Below are positions 1 through 10,017 of a stretch of DNA of 64,000 bases, piece by piece. Below the pieces are notes generated by a model. The model had not been told where the DNA came from. It ran no database searches and saw only the letters and a program-made list of their open reading frames with translations. The stretch covers positions 5,929 through 69,928 of the forward strand of contig JBAYXX010000005.1 in NCBI GenBank assembly GCA_041673345.1, in the 5' to 3' direction. Both the position numbers and the translations under genes were made by a program. The stretch's first letter is position 1, and each line of letters begins with the position of its first letter. This DNA comes from Kiritimatiellia bacterium (GTDB taxonomy: Bacteria; Verrucomicrobiota; Kiritimatiellia; RFP12; UBA1067).

Positions 1-174
1 AACAAAATGCAATCAATGTTGAACAGTCAAATCAACGTGGAGTTTCATGCTGGACAAAGAACTTGGTAAACGCCAATAAAAGGAGACAATACACATAGAC
101 ACGCGCTTTTTACTTTTGCGCCAAAGGCGCCACCTCTTTACGGTTATCCTGTTGGCAATATCGACGTTGGTTGT

Positions 175-285
175 TCTGTGAGCGACACAGAGGTTTAGTG
201 TAGTAGTCGCTCTGTGAGCGACACAGAGGTTTAGTGTAGTAGTCGCTCTGTGAGCGACACATGCCGCTCATAGAGCGGCTACTAC
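175..285. repeat. REP-A head-to-tail array (36-bp period, ~2.5 units) closed by an inverted REP-A copy
   Basis: GTAGTAGTCGCTCTGTGAGCGACACAGAGGTTTAGT is repeated, then CATGCCGCTCATAGAGCGGCTACTAC follows in the opposite orientation. Confidence 0.85.
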
Positions 286-718
286 ACCCGATGCTGGTTG
301 ACGATGCTGTGCGACCCGCCTTCCGGTCGTTCGGCGTGGCAAGCGATGTTGGTGAACGATTGGAATCATGCGGGAACTCGTCCACCAGCATCTTAGCCGC
401 TATCGTAAACCGAAGGCGCGGCTGACCAGCCTGCGTAACCTGATCATTCGCGTACCACCCACAGTCGCCCGCATAGCGAACGACTTCCTTGTCTCGAACC
501 TTGTCTCGAACCTCGTCTTTTCGCCTATCCCTGCCCACTGCGGATCTAGGAAAACAATGCAGCCTGAAGGCTGGACAACAAACTCCGTTTCCCAAAACGC
601 GCAGCGGTTGTTACTAAAGCAGCGGGCTCTTAATCATCCAACCTTCAATAAGGACGAATCGCTCTCGCAGATTGCACAAACTCAATTTGGCACTGAGGCT
701 AGTTGCTTTAGGATGGTG

Positions 719-1774
719 CTATTTCAGCCAACGGTCCAGGTTTTCCGCCACAAACGCGTCGTCGTTCAGGTCGGGGTAGGCCCGATAGACACGCTCGATC
801 TCCTTTTTCTGACCGGAAGACAGGATCTCGTTCGGGTTCAGCGTCCAGATCCCATCGAGCAACCCTTGGCGGCGAAGGACCTCGTGGATACCGGTGATGC
901 AGCCTGCGAAGTTGTTAGCAGCGTCAAAGAACGCCGCGTTGCAGTCGGTCACCTGCACGCCCAGCTCCAACAGGCGGGAGGCTTCGGTGTCGTCGGCCCC
1001 GTGTATCCGTTCCAGCAGGTCAACCGCCTTTCGCGTCCATACAGCCCAGTGTCCGAGCAGGCCGCCGACGATCCGCTTCGTGACTGGCTGCTGCCCATCC
1101 GACAGGGTGTAGCTGGTCAGCAGGTCGGCCACAATATTGTCGTCGTTGCCAGTGTAAAGAGCGATCTCCCCGGCCCGGCCAGCTTCGATCACGCCCCTTA
1201 CCACATCTAGGGTTTGATAGCGGTTGAACGGTGCCATTTTAATGGCCACCACGTTGTCGATGCGGGCAAAAACGCGCCAGAAGTCCACGTCCAGTTTGCG
1301 TCCACCCACAGCTGGCTGGAGATAGAAGCCGATCACCGGCAGGACGGATGCCACGGCCCGGCAATGTTCCAACATCCCACTGTTGGATGCCCCCTTCCAT
1401 GCGGCAAGGCTCAGCAAGACCGCATCGTAGCCTAAGTCTGCGGCCAGCTCTGCCTCCCGCACAGCCTGGGAGGTCGCGCCGATCACGCCCGCGATCATGA
1501 CAACTGGCCTGTTGGTCCGGGCGACGAAACTGACCTGTTCCTCTTTTGCCAGCTCCAGCACCGGTCGGAGCAATGCGACTTCAGGCAGACGGATTTCAAA
1601 CTGCGTTGTGTGTACGCCTACCGCAAGCCCGCCCGCGCCAGCCTCAAGATAATAGCGGATTAAGGCGCGTTCGCGCCGCTCGTCAAAGCTCCTGTTACGG
1701 GTCAAGGCCAGCGGTAGCGCAGGAATCACGCAGCCGCGGGAGAGAACGAGGTTTTTTTCATGTGTCAGTTGCAT
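719..1774 (-). CDS. DapA/NanA (dihydrodipicolinate synthase) family class-I aldolase-like protein, divergent
   Basis: ORF 719..1909 trimmed to the ATG at 1774, which has AAAGGA 6 nt upstream. Family-like segments are AGAGGLAVGVHTTQFE (position of the GTTGE motif) and NVVAIKMAP (Schiff-base Lys region). Last gene of a co-directional catabolic cluster. Substrate not assignable. Confidence 0.55.
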   Translation of the reverse strand: MQLTHEKNLVLSRGCVIPALPLALTRNRSFDERRERALIRYYLEAGAGGLAVGVHTTQFEIRLPEVALLRPVLELAKEEQVSFVARTNRPVVMIAGVIGATSQAVREAELAADLGYDAVLLSLAAWKGASNSGMLEHCRAVASVLPVIGFYLQPAVGGRKLDVDFWRVFARIDNVVAIKMAPFNRYQTLDVVRGVIEAGRAGEIALYTGNDDNIVADLLTSYTLSDGQQPVTKRIVGGLLGHWAVWTRKAVDLLERIHGADDTEASRLLELGVQVTDCNAAFFDAANNFAGCITGIHEVLRRQGLLDGIWTLNPNEILSSGQKKEIERVYRAYPDLNDDAFVAENLDRWLK

Positions 1775-1992
1775 GGGGTATCCTTTAATATTCATGTTGC
1801 CTATAACTTCGACCTCTGGTCGATAAAATGTCACTAGCCAAGTAGTCGCAATAGCCCACGTTGTTTGATTAGGATTATGCTTAAGATTGTGATACGGCTT
1901 GCAATTCACCTGCTAAGCAACTCGGTTGGCGCGCTCCTTACAGCTCCGGCTTGCTTATCACTCGGCTCCAATCCCGAGTTACAAGCAAGCAG

Positions 1993-3030
1993 TCAGTATT
2001 TTCCATCTCGAACTTCGAAATGAGTTTGCTTGTTCAGCAGCCGGTTCCCGTGGCTGATCCAGTTTGCGATCCATGGCATCATCCGTTCCGGGGTTACCCG
2101 CGGCTTTCCGAACAGGGCGAGCGCTTGCCCCGCATTACTGAGCAGGGCTGTCGGTGCCTCGCTTCCCTCAAAAACAGGCTCTTTTCCCATTAGTTGGCCA
2201 AACTCTAACGCCGCCTGCCTGATCGACAAGGTCTCGGGGCCAGTGAGGTTCAGGATCTTAGCCGGGCTGACGCAAAGCGGCAGCGACCGCAGCACCGCCG
2301 CATTCATGTCGCCCTGCCAGATCACGTTGAAAGAGCCCATTGACAGGTTGATCGGCTGCCCATCGCGCACCTTGCAGGCGATATCGACCAGGACACCGTA
2401 GCGCATCTCAACGGCATAGTTCAGGCGAATCAGCGCGACCGGCGTCCCGTGCTGGAGGCTGCCGTACTCGAACATCCGCTCGCGTCCCAGGCAGGACTGG
2501 GCATATTCACCGATAGCGACGGGTGGATCCTGTTCCGCCGAGCCGCCGGAAGTTGTGTTCACCAACGGGTAAACACAGCCAGTCGAGAATGCGACGATTC
2601 GGGATGCCTGGTAGTGCTCCGCCACCAGCGCTGGCACATAGGTGTTCATCGCCCAGGTCAGAGAGAGGTTCGCCTCGGCACCGAACTTCATCCCGGCTAG
2701 GAAGATTACATTGGGGATTTTGGGCAGGCTCCTGACAAACGTGGGCTCCAGCAGGTCGCCCCGCAGAGTCTCAATGCCATGTTTTTCCAAGCGCTCGCGT
2801 TCCTGCGGGTCGCTGAAGCGCGACACGCCGATTATTTTTTTGGGGACCCCTGCTGCCTCGCACGCCCGCCGGGCCATACGGGCTAGAGAAGGTCCGATCT
2901 TGCCAGCGATCCCCAGAAAAATGAGATCGCCCTCAAGGGCTTTGAACATGTCGATGACCTCGTCAGTCGGCCGCGACAGGAGTTCCTCCAATTGTGCTTC
3001 ATTCTCGATCAGGTCGGGATAGGTAGTCAT
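1993..3030 (-). CDS. NAD-dependent epimerase/dehydratase family protein
   Basis: 345 aa with an N-terminal Rossmann glycine motif (IFLGIAGKIGPSLA). Length and layout fit an extended SDR. Start overlaps the stop of the upstream M20 gene by 4 nt. Confidence 0.6.
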   Translation of the reverse strand: MTTYPDLIENEAQLEELLSRPTDEVIDMFKALEGDLIFLGIAGKIGPSLARMARRACEAAGVPKKIIGVSRFSDPQERERLEKHGIETLRGDLLEPTFVRSLPKIPNVIFLAGMKFGAEANLSLTWAMNTYVPALVAEHYQASRIVAFSTGCVYPLVNTTSGGSAEQDPPVAIGEYAQSCLGRERMFEYGSLQHGTPVALIRLNYAVEMRYGVLVDIACKVRDGQPINLSMGSFNVIWQGDMNAAVLRSLPLCVSPAKILNLTGPETLSIRQAALEFGQLMGKEPVFEGSEAPTALLSNAGQALALFGKPRVTPERMMPWIANWISHGNRLLNKQTHFEVRDGKY

Positions 3031-4163
3031 ATTTGCAGCTCTCCGTTTTTGAGGATGATTGTCTCGTAAAGGGTCACTGCTTCGCGGAGCTTGTCCGTCA
3101 GGCAGTATTCATTTGTCCGGTGGGCCTGCCCCGGCTCTCCGGGCCCAAGAATGATCGTTGGCGCGCCGTTGTACAGCCGTTGCAGGTGGCTGCCGTCCGT
3201 CACATAGGACAGCGATCGCGGGCGGTCGCAGCCACCTGCCGCGGGCACACCGCAGATGGCATCAACCATTCGCGCAAAGGGGTCGTCTGCCCGTGTGTTG
3301 ACCGGTGTCAGGTCCACAAGGGTCTCGACAACGACCTCGTCTCCCAGCTCACGGCACAACCGCTCACGGATCTCCGTATGGTTGACCATAGCGGTGGTGC
3401 GGATATCAACAGAGAACTCCGCATGGTCGGGGACGGAATTCATATTCTCGCCGCCGGACATGCGTCCCACATTGATGGTCGGCATGCCATGCAGTGCGTC
3501 GCGCTCCGCATCAAAACAAAAGCTAGCAATCCGGGTGATGGCCCTTGCCGCCTTATAGATGGCGTTATCCCCCAACTCGGGCATGGAGGAGTGCGCTGTC
3601 CTGCCGGATGCCGAAACCTTAAGGTACAACGCGCCCTTATGTCCCAGATACGGAACATTTGAAGTCGGCTCCCCGATGATGAGGGCGCGGGCCTGACCCA
3701 GGCGGTATTGCGTGTCGGCCAGGTGCTGGGCACCCAGACATCCAGGCTCCTCGGCTGCCGTGAAAATGAAACGGAGGCCGCCGCGCGGCACGGCCTTCGC
3801 GAACGCCCGCCGTGCGGCACACAACATGGCAGCGATACCGCCCTTCATGTCGCTGGCCCCCCGTCCGTACAGCCGGCCCTCTCGTATCCTGCCTGCAAAC
3901 GGCGGCTCTTTCCAAGGGCGAATACCCAACGGAACCGTATCCAGATGTCCGGAAAACACCAACGGGGGAGTGTCGTCCGCGAGGCCTTTCTCGGCGACCA
4001 GCGTCAGACGACCCGGTGCCAGTTGGTCGTACCGAACCGCGAAGCCGTCCGCAGAGAGCAGGCCGCCAAGGAACCACGCGGAAGCCTCCTCCCCGCCCTG
4101 CGGGCCGGAGGTGTCGAACGCGAGCAGCTCGCGTGTCAAAGCGATAACATCGTCATTTTGCAT
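3027..4163 (-). CDS. M20 family metallopeptidase / deacylase (ArgE/DapE/CPG2-like)
   Basis: 378 aa with M20 motifs GHLDTVP, GRGASDMKGG and the AAEEPG acidic pair. It also has the C-terminal GPGEPGQAHRTNEY segment typical of ArgE/DapE. Confidence 0.75.
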   Translation of the reverse strand: MQNDDVIALTRELLAFDTSGPQGGEEASAWFLGGLLSADGFAVRYDQLAPGRLTLVAEKGLADDTPPLVFSGHLDTVPLGIRPWKEPPFAGRIREGRLYGRGASDMKGGIAAMLCAARRAFAKAVPRGGLRFIFTAAEEPGCLGAQHLADTQYRLGQARALIIGEPTSNVPYLGHKGALYLKVSASGRTAHSSMPELGDNAIYKAARAITRIASFCFDAERDALHGMPTINVGRMSGGENMNSVPDHAEFSVDIRTTAMVNHTEIRERLCRELGDEVVVETLVDLTPVNTRADDPFARMVDAICGVPAAGGCDRPRSLSYVTDGSHLQRLYNGAPTIILGPGEPGQAHRTNEYCLTDKLREAVTLYETIILKNGELQI

Positions 4164-4177
4164 GGTTTTGTGACTCC

Positions 4178-5443
4178 TTATTGCTCCTTTACCGGAGTAT
4201 TCGGCAGGAAAGACACGATAACCGCGCCCGCGAGGGCCACGAACATCAGCACGCTAAACCCTAGGGCATAGCTTTTTGTCGTCTCATTATACAGGGCACC
4301 CACCAGCATGGGAAAGGCGGACTCCGCCACGCCATCCGCAACCAGAATGATGCCCATGGTACGTCCCAGCGCACGGACTCCGAAGAGGTCGCCGGCCATC
4401 AGAGGGATGATCATATAGTCGCCGCCCAAACCGATCCCGAAAATTGCCGCGAAGAGATAGATGCGCCCTGGGAATGCGGGCAGCAGCAGGAGAGGAATCG
4501 CGCCCGCGACACACAGACAGATCACGATCATCACGTGCTTGCGATTAAAGCTGTCGGCCAGCCAACCCATCAGCACGCGCCCCACAAGGCTCGAAAGCAG
4601 CACTAGCGACATGATATTCGCGGCACCTGACTGAGAGAAATCCAAGTCACGCAGGTAAAGTTTCAGGTGCTGCCCGATTCCGCCCACCGCTCCAATGGAA
4701 CACAGGCTGCCGACAGCCAACAGATAGAAAGCGGGATTCTTCAAGATGTCCCGTACCGGCACCATCGGCTGAGGCGCTTGTTGGTTGTCCGCAGCCCGCC
4801 GTCGCTCTTTGAGCAACAGGGGCAGCGGAACTGCGATAAGGATGATCAGAACCCCCAGCGTGCACAGCGCGCGGTGCCAGCCGAACCCCTGTTCCAACCG
4901 GGCCGCAATCAGTGGCGCCAGCGCGCCGCCGGCACCGATGCCCAGATAGGCGATTCCCATGGCCTTGCCCCGGTTCCGCTCGAAACGCTTCGAAATCAAC
5001 ACTTGGCAGGGAAGCGGACCGCCGCAGACATAACCGAGGGCGTTGAAGAGATAAAAGAGATAGAAGAGGCCCAGCGAATTGGCGAAGCTCAAACCGATCA
5101 ACGCCACGCCCATCATCAGCGCCCCGGAAGCCATCAGCCGTCGCGGGCCGTAACGGTCGATCATCCACCCGGCAATAAAGCCGAACGCGGGGCCGACCAG
5201 CAATTTGCCCAACGCGTTTCCGGAGGTGACGATTGTGCGCGACCAGCCGTATTCTCCGGTCATAAAATCATAGAAAAATGGCAGGCCATAATACGCGAAC
5301 CCGACGATCCCGAAAAGAGAAAAAAATGCCGCCGCCACAACAAGTGCCGAAGCCCCCCTCCAGCCGGAAGAGTTCTCCATTGCTGGATCCTCATCACTGG
5401 CCTTAACTTCTAACAGCTTTTTATAACTAACTCGGATTGTCAT
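4178..5443 (-). CDS. MFS transporter
   Basis: 421 aa and highly hydrophobic, with about 12 TM segments. MFS motif-A-like loop GWMIDRYGPRRLM. An alternative start at Met22 (5380) is preceded by GAGGA. Confidence 0.75.
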   Translation of the reverse strand: MTIRVSYKKLLEVKASDEDPAMENSSGWRGASALVVAAAFFSLFGIVGFAYYGLPFFYDFMTGEYGWSRTIVTSGNALGKLLVGPAFGFIAGWMIDRYGPRRLMASGALMMGVALIGLSFANSLGLFYLFYLFNALGYVCGGPLPCQVLISKRFERNRGKAMGIAYLGIGAGGALAPLIAARLEQGFGWHRALCTLGVLIILIAVPLPLLLKERRRAADNQQAPQPMVPVRDILKNPAFYLLAVGSLCSIGAVGGIGQHLKLYLRDLDFSQSGAANIMSLVLLSSLVGRVLMGWLADSFNRKHVMIVICLCVAGAIPLLLLPAFPGRIYLFAAIFGIGLGGDYMIIPLMAGDLFGVRALGRTMGIILVADGVAESAFPMLVGALYNETTKSYALGFSVLMFVALAGAVIVSFLPNTPVKEQ

Positions 5444-5547
5444 AGCGAACTTTCGTTTATTCCATGCATTAAATGCGAATACTCTGCAGCCAAATAGACT
5501 TCATGCAGTATGAAACTCCATAGCAAGCAGGATGCTTGATCTGCGTT

Positions 5548-7506
5548 CTACAACTCGCGAAGCGGTGCTTCCGCCCCTGGAACGCCTGCCTTCAGCAGAA
5601 CCTTAAATTCATCCAGATGCTTTTGATAAACATCGCGCGGATCACAGTTATGTTTCACGCATAACCCGGCGGCCATACCTAAAACCTCCCCTATCATACC
5701 CGTTGTACGCATTACACGCACAGTTCCAAGAGCTACATGCGTGACGCTGATATTGCGCCCCGCCATCATCAGGTTATCAACGTTGCGTGAGTACATGCAA
5801 CGATATGGGATAGGATAGGGATTTATTTTATGGGATTTTGCTACAGAACGAAATGGTTCACAACCGCTGGCTGACGGTAGCGGATAATGCAAATCAACAG
5901 GCCAGGTGGCCGTGACACACGCATCTGGATATATCACCGGCTCATCCAGATCCTGTTGCTTCAGAATAATGTCGCCCAGCAACCGGCGCGACTCGCGTTT
6001 GCCTCCAATGCAGGCCACCCATTCAAGTCTGCTCTTGGCAAACTTATCTTTAAACTTTGGATGATTCTTGAGCACACTCCAGTTACCGAATGTAACGCGC
6101 AGGGCATAGTCTCTGATTTGCTCGATATCTGCAACCTGATCCAGATAGGCCCCGGTCTCCCAGTTCCAGTCACCACGCATGGCAGCGATGCAGTTAGTTT
6201 CATTAAACGACACAGCCCACGGACACCCAGGAAAGGCAGAAGCTCCTGTATCTGCAACAGCGTACCACTGCACTGATGTGCCCATCACAAGCTGGTCAGA
6301 GTCCTCAGGGGCAAGCTTCTCACCTGTGGTACTCTTTGCCTCACGCCCCACACGAAAATCCGCTTTGGCAAGCGCGCCCAGATTGCCGTCGCCTGTGCAG
6401 TCCGCAAAAAGCCGACCTTTAAACAGCTGCCTTTCACCGCTCCTGATGTTCTGTCCAACAACCGCAACGATGCGCGCGCCATCCATCTCAACCCCATTGA
6501 CGTGGGTATTGAGAAATAACGAAATATTCTTTTCAGCCAGAACAACGTCAACCTTCCTTTGATCCTCGTAGTTGGTTAAGGGTCCGGCATTGTGCTGTTC
6601 TTTCTCAGGATGATCTTTAATCACCTGCATTATTTTTTTGCTACGCTCAGAGGCAGGGTCACGCTTGGCCTCCCAGAGGTTCCAATGGCCAATAGGGCCA
6701 ATCTCATCCAAAAGCTTGCCCAACGCTGGATATGGTTCCTGGAAGATCAACCCCGACAAACCAACCCGCACTTCGGAGCTGTTGTTGCCGCCCAACACTG
6801 GACGATTCTGAATCAGCGCAACACGGCATCCCTGGCGCGCGGCGCTGATCGCCAGACAGCAACCTGCCACGCCACCACCGACAACCACCAGATCATACTC
6901 TCCGGCCAACTGTGGCAACTCTGAAATTCCCTGCATCTTAATCCGAAAAGCGCGCAGTGCCTCACCGCTATTGGGTGGTGGTGTAGTCAAATCCGAACTG
7001 AAAAACACCGCATCGCAGCGTCCGTCAAAACCGGCCAGGTCATGCAGGGACAGAGAGCAATCGCCCGCCTTGATTGTAATGACTCCGCCGTCATGCCAAT
7101 GCCACTCCGCCCTCTCTGTTCCAAAGATTGTCTCCAGAGCGCCTCCATTAATCAGGAGCTGGAAACGTCCGGGGCATCCTTGGGCCTTCATTGCCGGCCG
7201 AGTATCGTCACTCTTCCATGGAGCAACCCAGTCGCGGGTACGCACCCACACCCGATAATCCCCACCTTTTGCGAACCGCACTATGGTTGTAGCATCCTTT
7301 ACAGGGTGGCCCAACCCATGAGCCAGCATGTAAGGCGAGCCCATCTGATCCATCGACTGCTGATCAACCAGCCATCCCCCTGATTCTCTGAAGCTCTCGG
7401 CCTCTACAAGCACAGCGGCGGCATTGGTATAAAGGCCTGCGAGCAATGCCAATGAACATAATAAAAGGTTCTGCTTATTCATCATTCTCCATTTCGTGGT
7501 CTTCAT
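5548..7506 (-). CDS. secreted FAD-dependent oxidoreductase with an N-terminal beta-sandwich (carbohydrate-binding-like) module
   Basis: 652 aa with a signal peptide (LLLCSLALLAGLYTNAAA). A module of about 190 aa precedes the dinucleotide fold DLVVVGGGVAGCCLAISAARQG. This architecture is common in polysaccharide-degrading PVC and Bacteroidota. Confidence 0.65.
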   Translation of the reverse strand: MKTTKWRMMNKQNLLLCSLALLAGLYTNAAAVLVEAESFRESGGWLVDQQSMDQMGSPYMLAHGLGHPVKDATTIVRFAKGGDYRVWVRTRDWVAPWKSDDTRPAMKAQGCPGRFQLLINGGALETIFGTERAEWHWHDGGVITIKAGDCSLSLHDLAGFDGRCDAVFFSSDLTTPPPNSGEALRAFRIKMQGISELPQLAGEYDLVVVGGGVAGCCLAISAARQGCRVALIQNRPVLGGNNSSEVRVGLSGLIFQEPYPALGKLLDEIGPIGHWNLWEAKRDPASERSKKIMQVIKDHPEKEQHNAGPLTNYEDQRKVDVVLAEKNISLFLNTHVNGVEMDGARIVAVVGQNIRSGERQLFKGRLFADCTGDGNLGALAKADFRVGREAKSTTGEKLAPEDSDQLVMGTSVQWYAVADTGASAFPGCPWAVSFNETNCIAAMRGDWNWETGAYLDQVADIEQIRDYALRVTFGNWSVLKNHPKFKDKFAKSRLEWVACIGGKRESRRLLGDIILKQQDLDEPVIYPDACVTATWPVDLHYPLPSASGCEPFRSVAKSHKINPYPIPYRCMYSRNVDNLMMAGRNISVTHVALGTVRVMRTTGMIGEVLGMAAGLCVKHNCDPRDVYQKHLDEFKVLLKAGVPGAEAPLREL

Positions 7507-7617
7507 TCCGTTGTCGTCTTTCGAAGGGATCGAAATAATCGAGAGCTTCGATTTCGTCGATTCCCTCGAGTCGCCCGACTCTTGCGATTTACCTTTATAA
7601 CTTCCGCACTTCTCTCT

Positions 7618-8067
7618 TCATTTCAGTAGCGACATCACGATTTGATTGACCAGCTTGCCGTCTGCCAGGCCTTTGACTTTAGGCATCAGCAGCTTCATGA
7701 CCTTGCCCAAATCCGCTTTGCTCACAGCTCCGCTCTCTGCAATACACGCTTTGACAACCGTTTCAATCGCAGCCTGATCCATCTGCGCTGGCTGATAGGC
7801 GCTGAGCCACACCAGTTCAGCCTGCTCCTTGGCAACCAGATCATCGCGTCCGGCGGCCTTGAACTGCTCAATTGAGTCAGCCCGCTGTTTGATGGCCTTC
7901 GCAACCACCGCGATAACGATCTCCTCGGTGATCTCTTTGCCTGCGTTGACGGTTTGATCCTTGACAGACGCGTGCAGCATGCGCAGCACAGTCAGTTTGT
8001 CGCGTTCGCCGGCTCTCATTGCGGTTTTGATGTCAGCCATTATCTGGTCAATTAACTCTGTTTTCAT
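7618..8067 (-). CDS. yqeY: GatB/YqeY domain-containing protein
   Basis: 149 aa. The N-terminus MKTELIDQIMADIKTAMRAGERDKLTVLRML and the overall length match the YqeY family. Confidence 0.8.
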   Translation of the reverse strand: MKTELIDQIMADIKTAMRAGERDKLTVLRMLHASVKDQTVNAGKEITEEIVIAVVAKAIKQRADSIEQFKAAGRDDLVAKEQAELVWLSAYQPAQMDQAAIETVVKACIAESGAVSKADLGKVMKLLMPKVKGLADGKLVNQIVMSLLK

Positions 8068-8124
8068 AATGCGCCTTTTGTTCTTTTCAAAAAGTTTTCT
8101 ATTGAATGTTTATCGGAGTTTAAT

Positions 8125-8174
8125 GTAGTAGTCGCTCTGTGAGCGACATATGCCGCTCACAGAGCGGCTACTAC
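8125..8174. repeat. REP-A inverted doublet (REPIN-like)
   Basis: GTAGTAGTCGCTCTGTGAGCGACA-TA-TGCCGCTCACAGAGCGGCTACTAC. Each arm keeps its own 7-bp stem, T..A in one arm and C..G in the other. Confidence 0.85.
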
Positions 8175-8262
8175 AGCTGACGCGCCAACGGTGTCGCGCA
8201 CACACTGCACAAACTCATTTGGTTGCGGCGACTAGCTGCTTTAGAACTAACTGCCGTCCCCT

Positions 8263-8994
8263 TCATGGTTCCCAGCGATACTCCTGCTGCGGTTTCCATT
8301 TAGGGCGGTCACCGAAAAGCACACTTCCGAGACGCACCCAGGTGGCACCCTCTTCAACGGCGATGCGGTAGTCATTGCTCATGCCCATGGAAAGGCGGGG
8401 CAATCCGATTGAAAATTTCTCTTCAAGGCGGTCGCGCAGCTCGCGCAACTCGGCAAAGACCGGTCGGGTCTCCTCGACCTCAGGGGTGTAGGGTGCCATG
8501 GTCATCAAACCTGTCAGTGTGAGCGAGCGCATCTCCAGCGCCCGCTCAATCACGCTATCCAGGGCATCTGGCTTGAAACCAAATTTAGAAGCCTCACCGG
8601 AGATATTCACCTCCAGCAGCACCTCGGGGCGCTGTCCATCCTCAGCGGCAATCCGCTCGACTCCCTCCAGCAGTTTAAGTGTGTCGATGGCATGAAAGAC
8701 GGGAAAGAGAGCGAGCGCGGCTCTGATCTTATTGCTCTGCAGGTGGCCAATCAGGTGAAAGTCCACACCGCCGCCACACTCCTGAATCTTCCAGGCAGCT
8801 TCCTGCACGCGGTTTTCACCGAAAATATTGATCCCCGCATCCAAAGCCTCTCGCACCAGCTCTGGGCCGTGAGTTTTAGTAACCCCGATAATCTCGACTG
8901 CATCCAGTGAACGTCTGGAAACGCGCGAGGCCTCTGCAATAGCGGCATTGACCTCGTCGAGAATATCTTTTAGATCGCGTTGCTTCTCGCTCAT
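8263..8994 (-). CDS. yggS: YggS family pyridoxal-phosphate homeostasis protein
   Basis: 243 aa with an alanine-racemase-N-like fold. Motifs GVTKTHG (PLP Lys), HLIGHLQSNK, SMGMSNDY and ATWVRLGSVLFG. Confidence 0.85.
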   Translation of the reverse strand: MSEKQRDLKDILDEVNAAIAEASRVSRRSLDAVEIIGVTKTHGPELVREALDAGINIFGENRVQEAAWKIQECGGGVDFHLIGHLQSNKIRAALALFPVFHAIDTLKLLEGVERIAAEDGQRPEVLLEVNISGEASKFGFKPDALDSVIERALEMRSLTLTGLMTMAPYTPEVEETRPVFAELRELRDRLEEKFSIGLPRLSMGMSNDYRIAVEEGATWVRLGSVLFGDRPKWKPQQEYRWEP

Positions 8995-9006
8995 AAAAAT
9001 TTTCTC

Positions 9007-9603
9007 CTAAAAATCAGTTCTGCCATTGATCGCGCGTTTCAATGTGATTGGATCGGAGTAGGCCACCCCGCTGTCAGCGGGCAATCCAAAGGCCAGCCGA
9101 GTCACCCGCACCCCTAGAGGTTTAAGCATCTCGTCGATATAGGCGGCGGTGGCTTCGCCCTCCATATCAGTGCTGAGCGCCAGAATGACCTCTTGCACCC
9201 TCCCGCCTGCCACCCGCGCGGAAAGCTCTTTAAGCCGGAGAGTGGCTGGAGCAGTTTGACGTGCTGGCGACAGCTTTCCAAGCAGCGCATGATACTTGCC
9301 ACGGAATACACCCGCACGCTCAATTGCCACTATGTCGGAGGGCTCTTCCACCACGCAGATCAGATCATCCCGCCGGGTTTCATCGCCACAGAGCTGACAG
9401 GGCTGAGCCCCGACCAGTGTCAGACCGCCGCAGGTTGAGCAGCACTCAATCGAATCTTTGACCTCCTGCAGCGCCTGTATCAAAGGGAGAGCGAGCTGCT
9501 CCGGCTTTCTCACCAGCGCGAGCGCGGCACGCTCAGCCGAACGCCGCCCCAGTCCGGGGAGTTTGGAAAGTGCGCGGATCAAATTATTGACTGGCTCGAC
9601 CAT
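9007..9603 (-). CDS. recR: recombination protein RecR
   Basis: 198 aa with an HhH N-terminus (LSKLPGLGRRSAERAAL) and a C4 zinc finger (CSTCGGL...CQLC). The Toprim segment is VVEEPSDIVAIE. Sits downstream of ybaB as in the conserved ybaB-recR pair. Confidence 0.9.
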   Translation of the reverse strand: MVEPVNNLIRALSKLPGLGRRSAERAALALVRKPEQLALPLIQALQEVKDSIECCSTCGGLTLVGAQPCQLCGDETRRDDLICVVEEPSDIVAIERAGVFRGKYHALLGKLSPARQTAPATLRLKELSARVAGGRVQEVILALSTDMEGEATAAYIDEMLKPLGVRVTRLAFGLPADSGVAYSDPITLKRAINGRTDF

Positions 9604-9610
9604 CAGGCAA

Positions 9611-9928
9611 TCACCCTCCCAATAAGCCTTCCATGCCAGAGCCCTGCATCAACTTAGCCATCGCGTCCTGCGTCTGTTTCTTAACCGCCTTGAGAGCGCC
9701 GTTGACCACATTGGTCAGCATGATCTCATAACGTTGCGGTTTTCCGGACAAAACATCGCGCATAGACTCTTCGCTCACTTTAATTGAAACAATCGTGAAA
9801 TCACCGCGGGCGACACACGTAATTCCGCCATTGCTGTACTCGCAGGTAATCTTCTCAATCTCGGATTGAATTCGCTTGGCCTCTTTACGCATCTGCATGG
9901 CCTGTTTCATTTGATCCATCATTCCCAT
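9611..9928 (-). CDS. ybaB: YbaB/EbfC family nucleoid-associated protein
   Basis: 105 aa with the typical N-terminal MMDQMKQAMQMRKEAKRIQSEIEK helix. Conserved pairing with recR. Confidence 0.85.
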   Translation of the reverse strand: MGMMDQMKQAMQMRKEAKRIQSEIEKITCEYSNGGITCVARGDFTIVSIKVSEESMRDVLSGKPQRYEIMLTNVVNGALKAVKKQTQDAMAKLMQGSGMEGLLGG

Positions 9929-9988
9929 AAAATTATCTCCTCAGAAATTAAACTTCCGCATCACGCGGAATTCTGGTTACAAAAAAAT

Positions 9989-10017
9989 TAAACAACATTA
10001 TTATATGAAATTCACTT
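9989..10017 (-). promoter_or_regulatory. candidate sigma70-type promoter of ybaB-recR
   Basis: On the minus strand, TTGAGA (10017-10012) is followed by a 17-nt spacer and TATAAT (9994-9989). This lies about 60 nt upstream of the ybaB ATG and downstream of a strong terminator. Confidence 0.35.

Noticed and set aside
1-69. Open frame running from the window edge to a TAA at 67-69 on the plus strand (…NKMQSMLNSQINVEFHAGQRTW*).
   Set aside because: Only 22 codons are visible and no motif is recognisable. It cannot be distinguished from chance, though it may be the 3' end of a gene outside the window.
110-1210. ORFs 110..595 (-) at 161 aa and 368..1210 (+) at 280 aa.
   Set aside because: The first is composed almost entirely of translated REP and mosaic repeats, with a tandem peptide CRSQSDYYTKPL x2. 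The second runs through repeat modules and then antisense to the DapA-family gene. Neither has a plausible RBS or protein-like composition.
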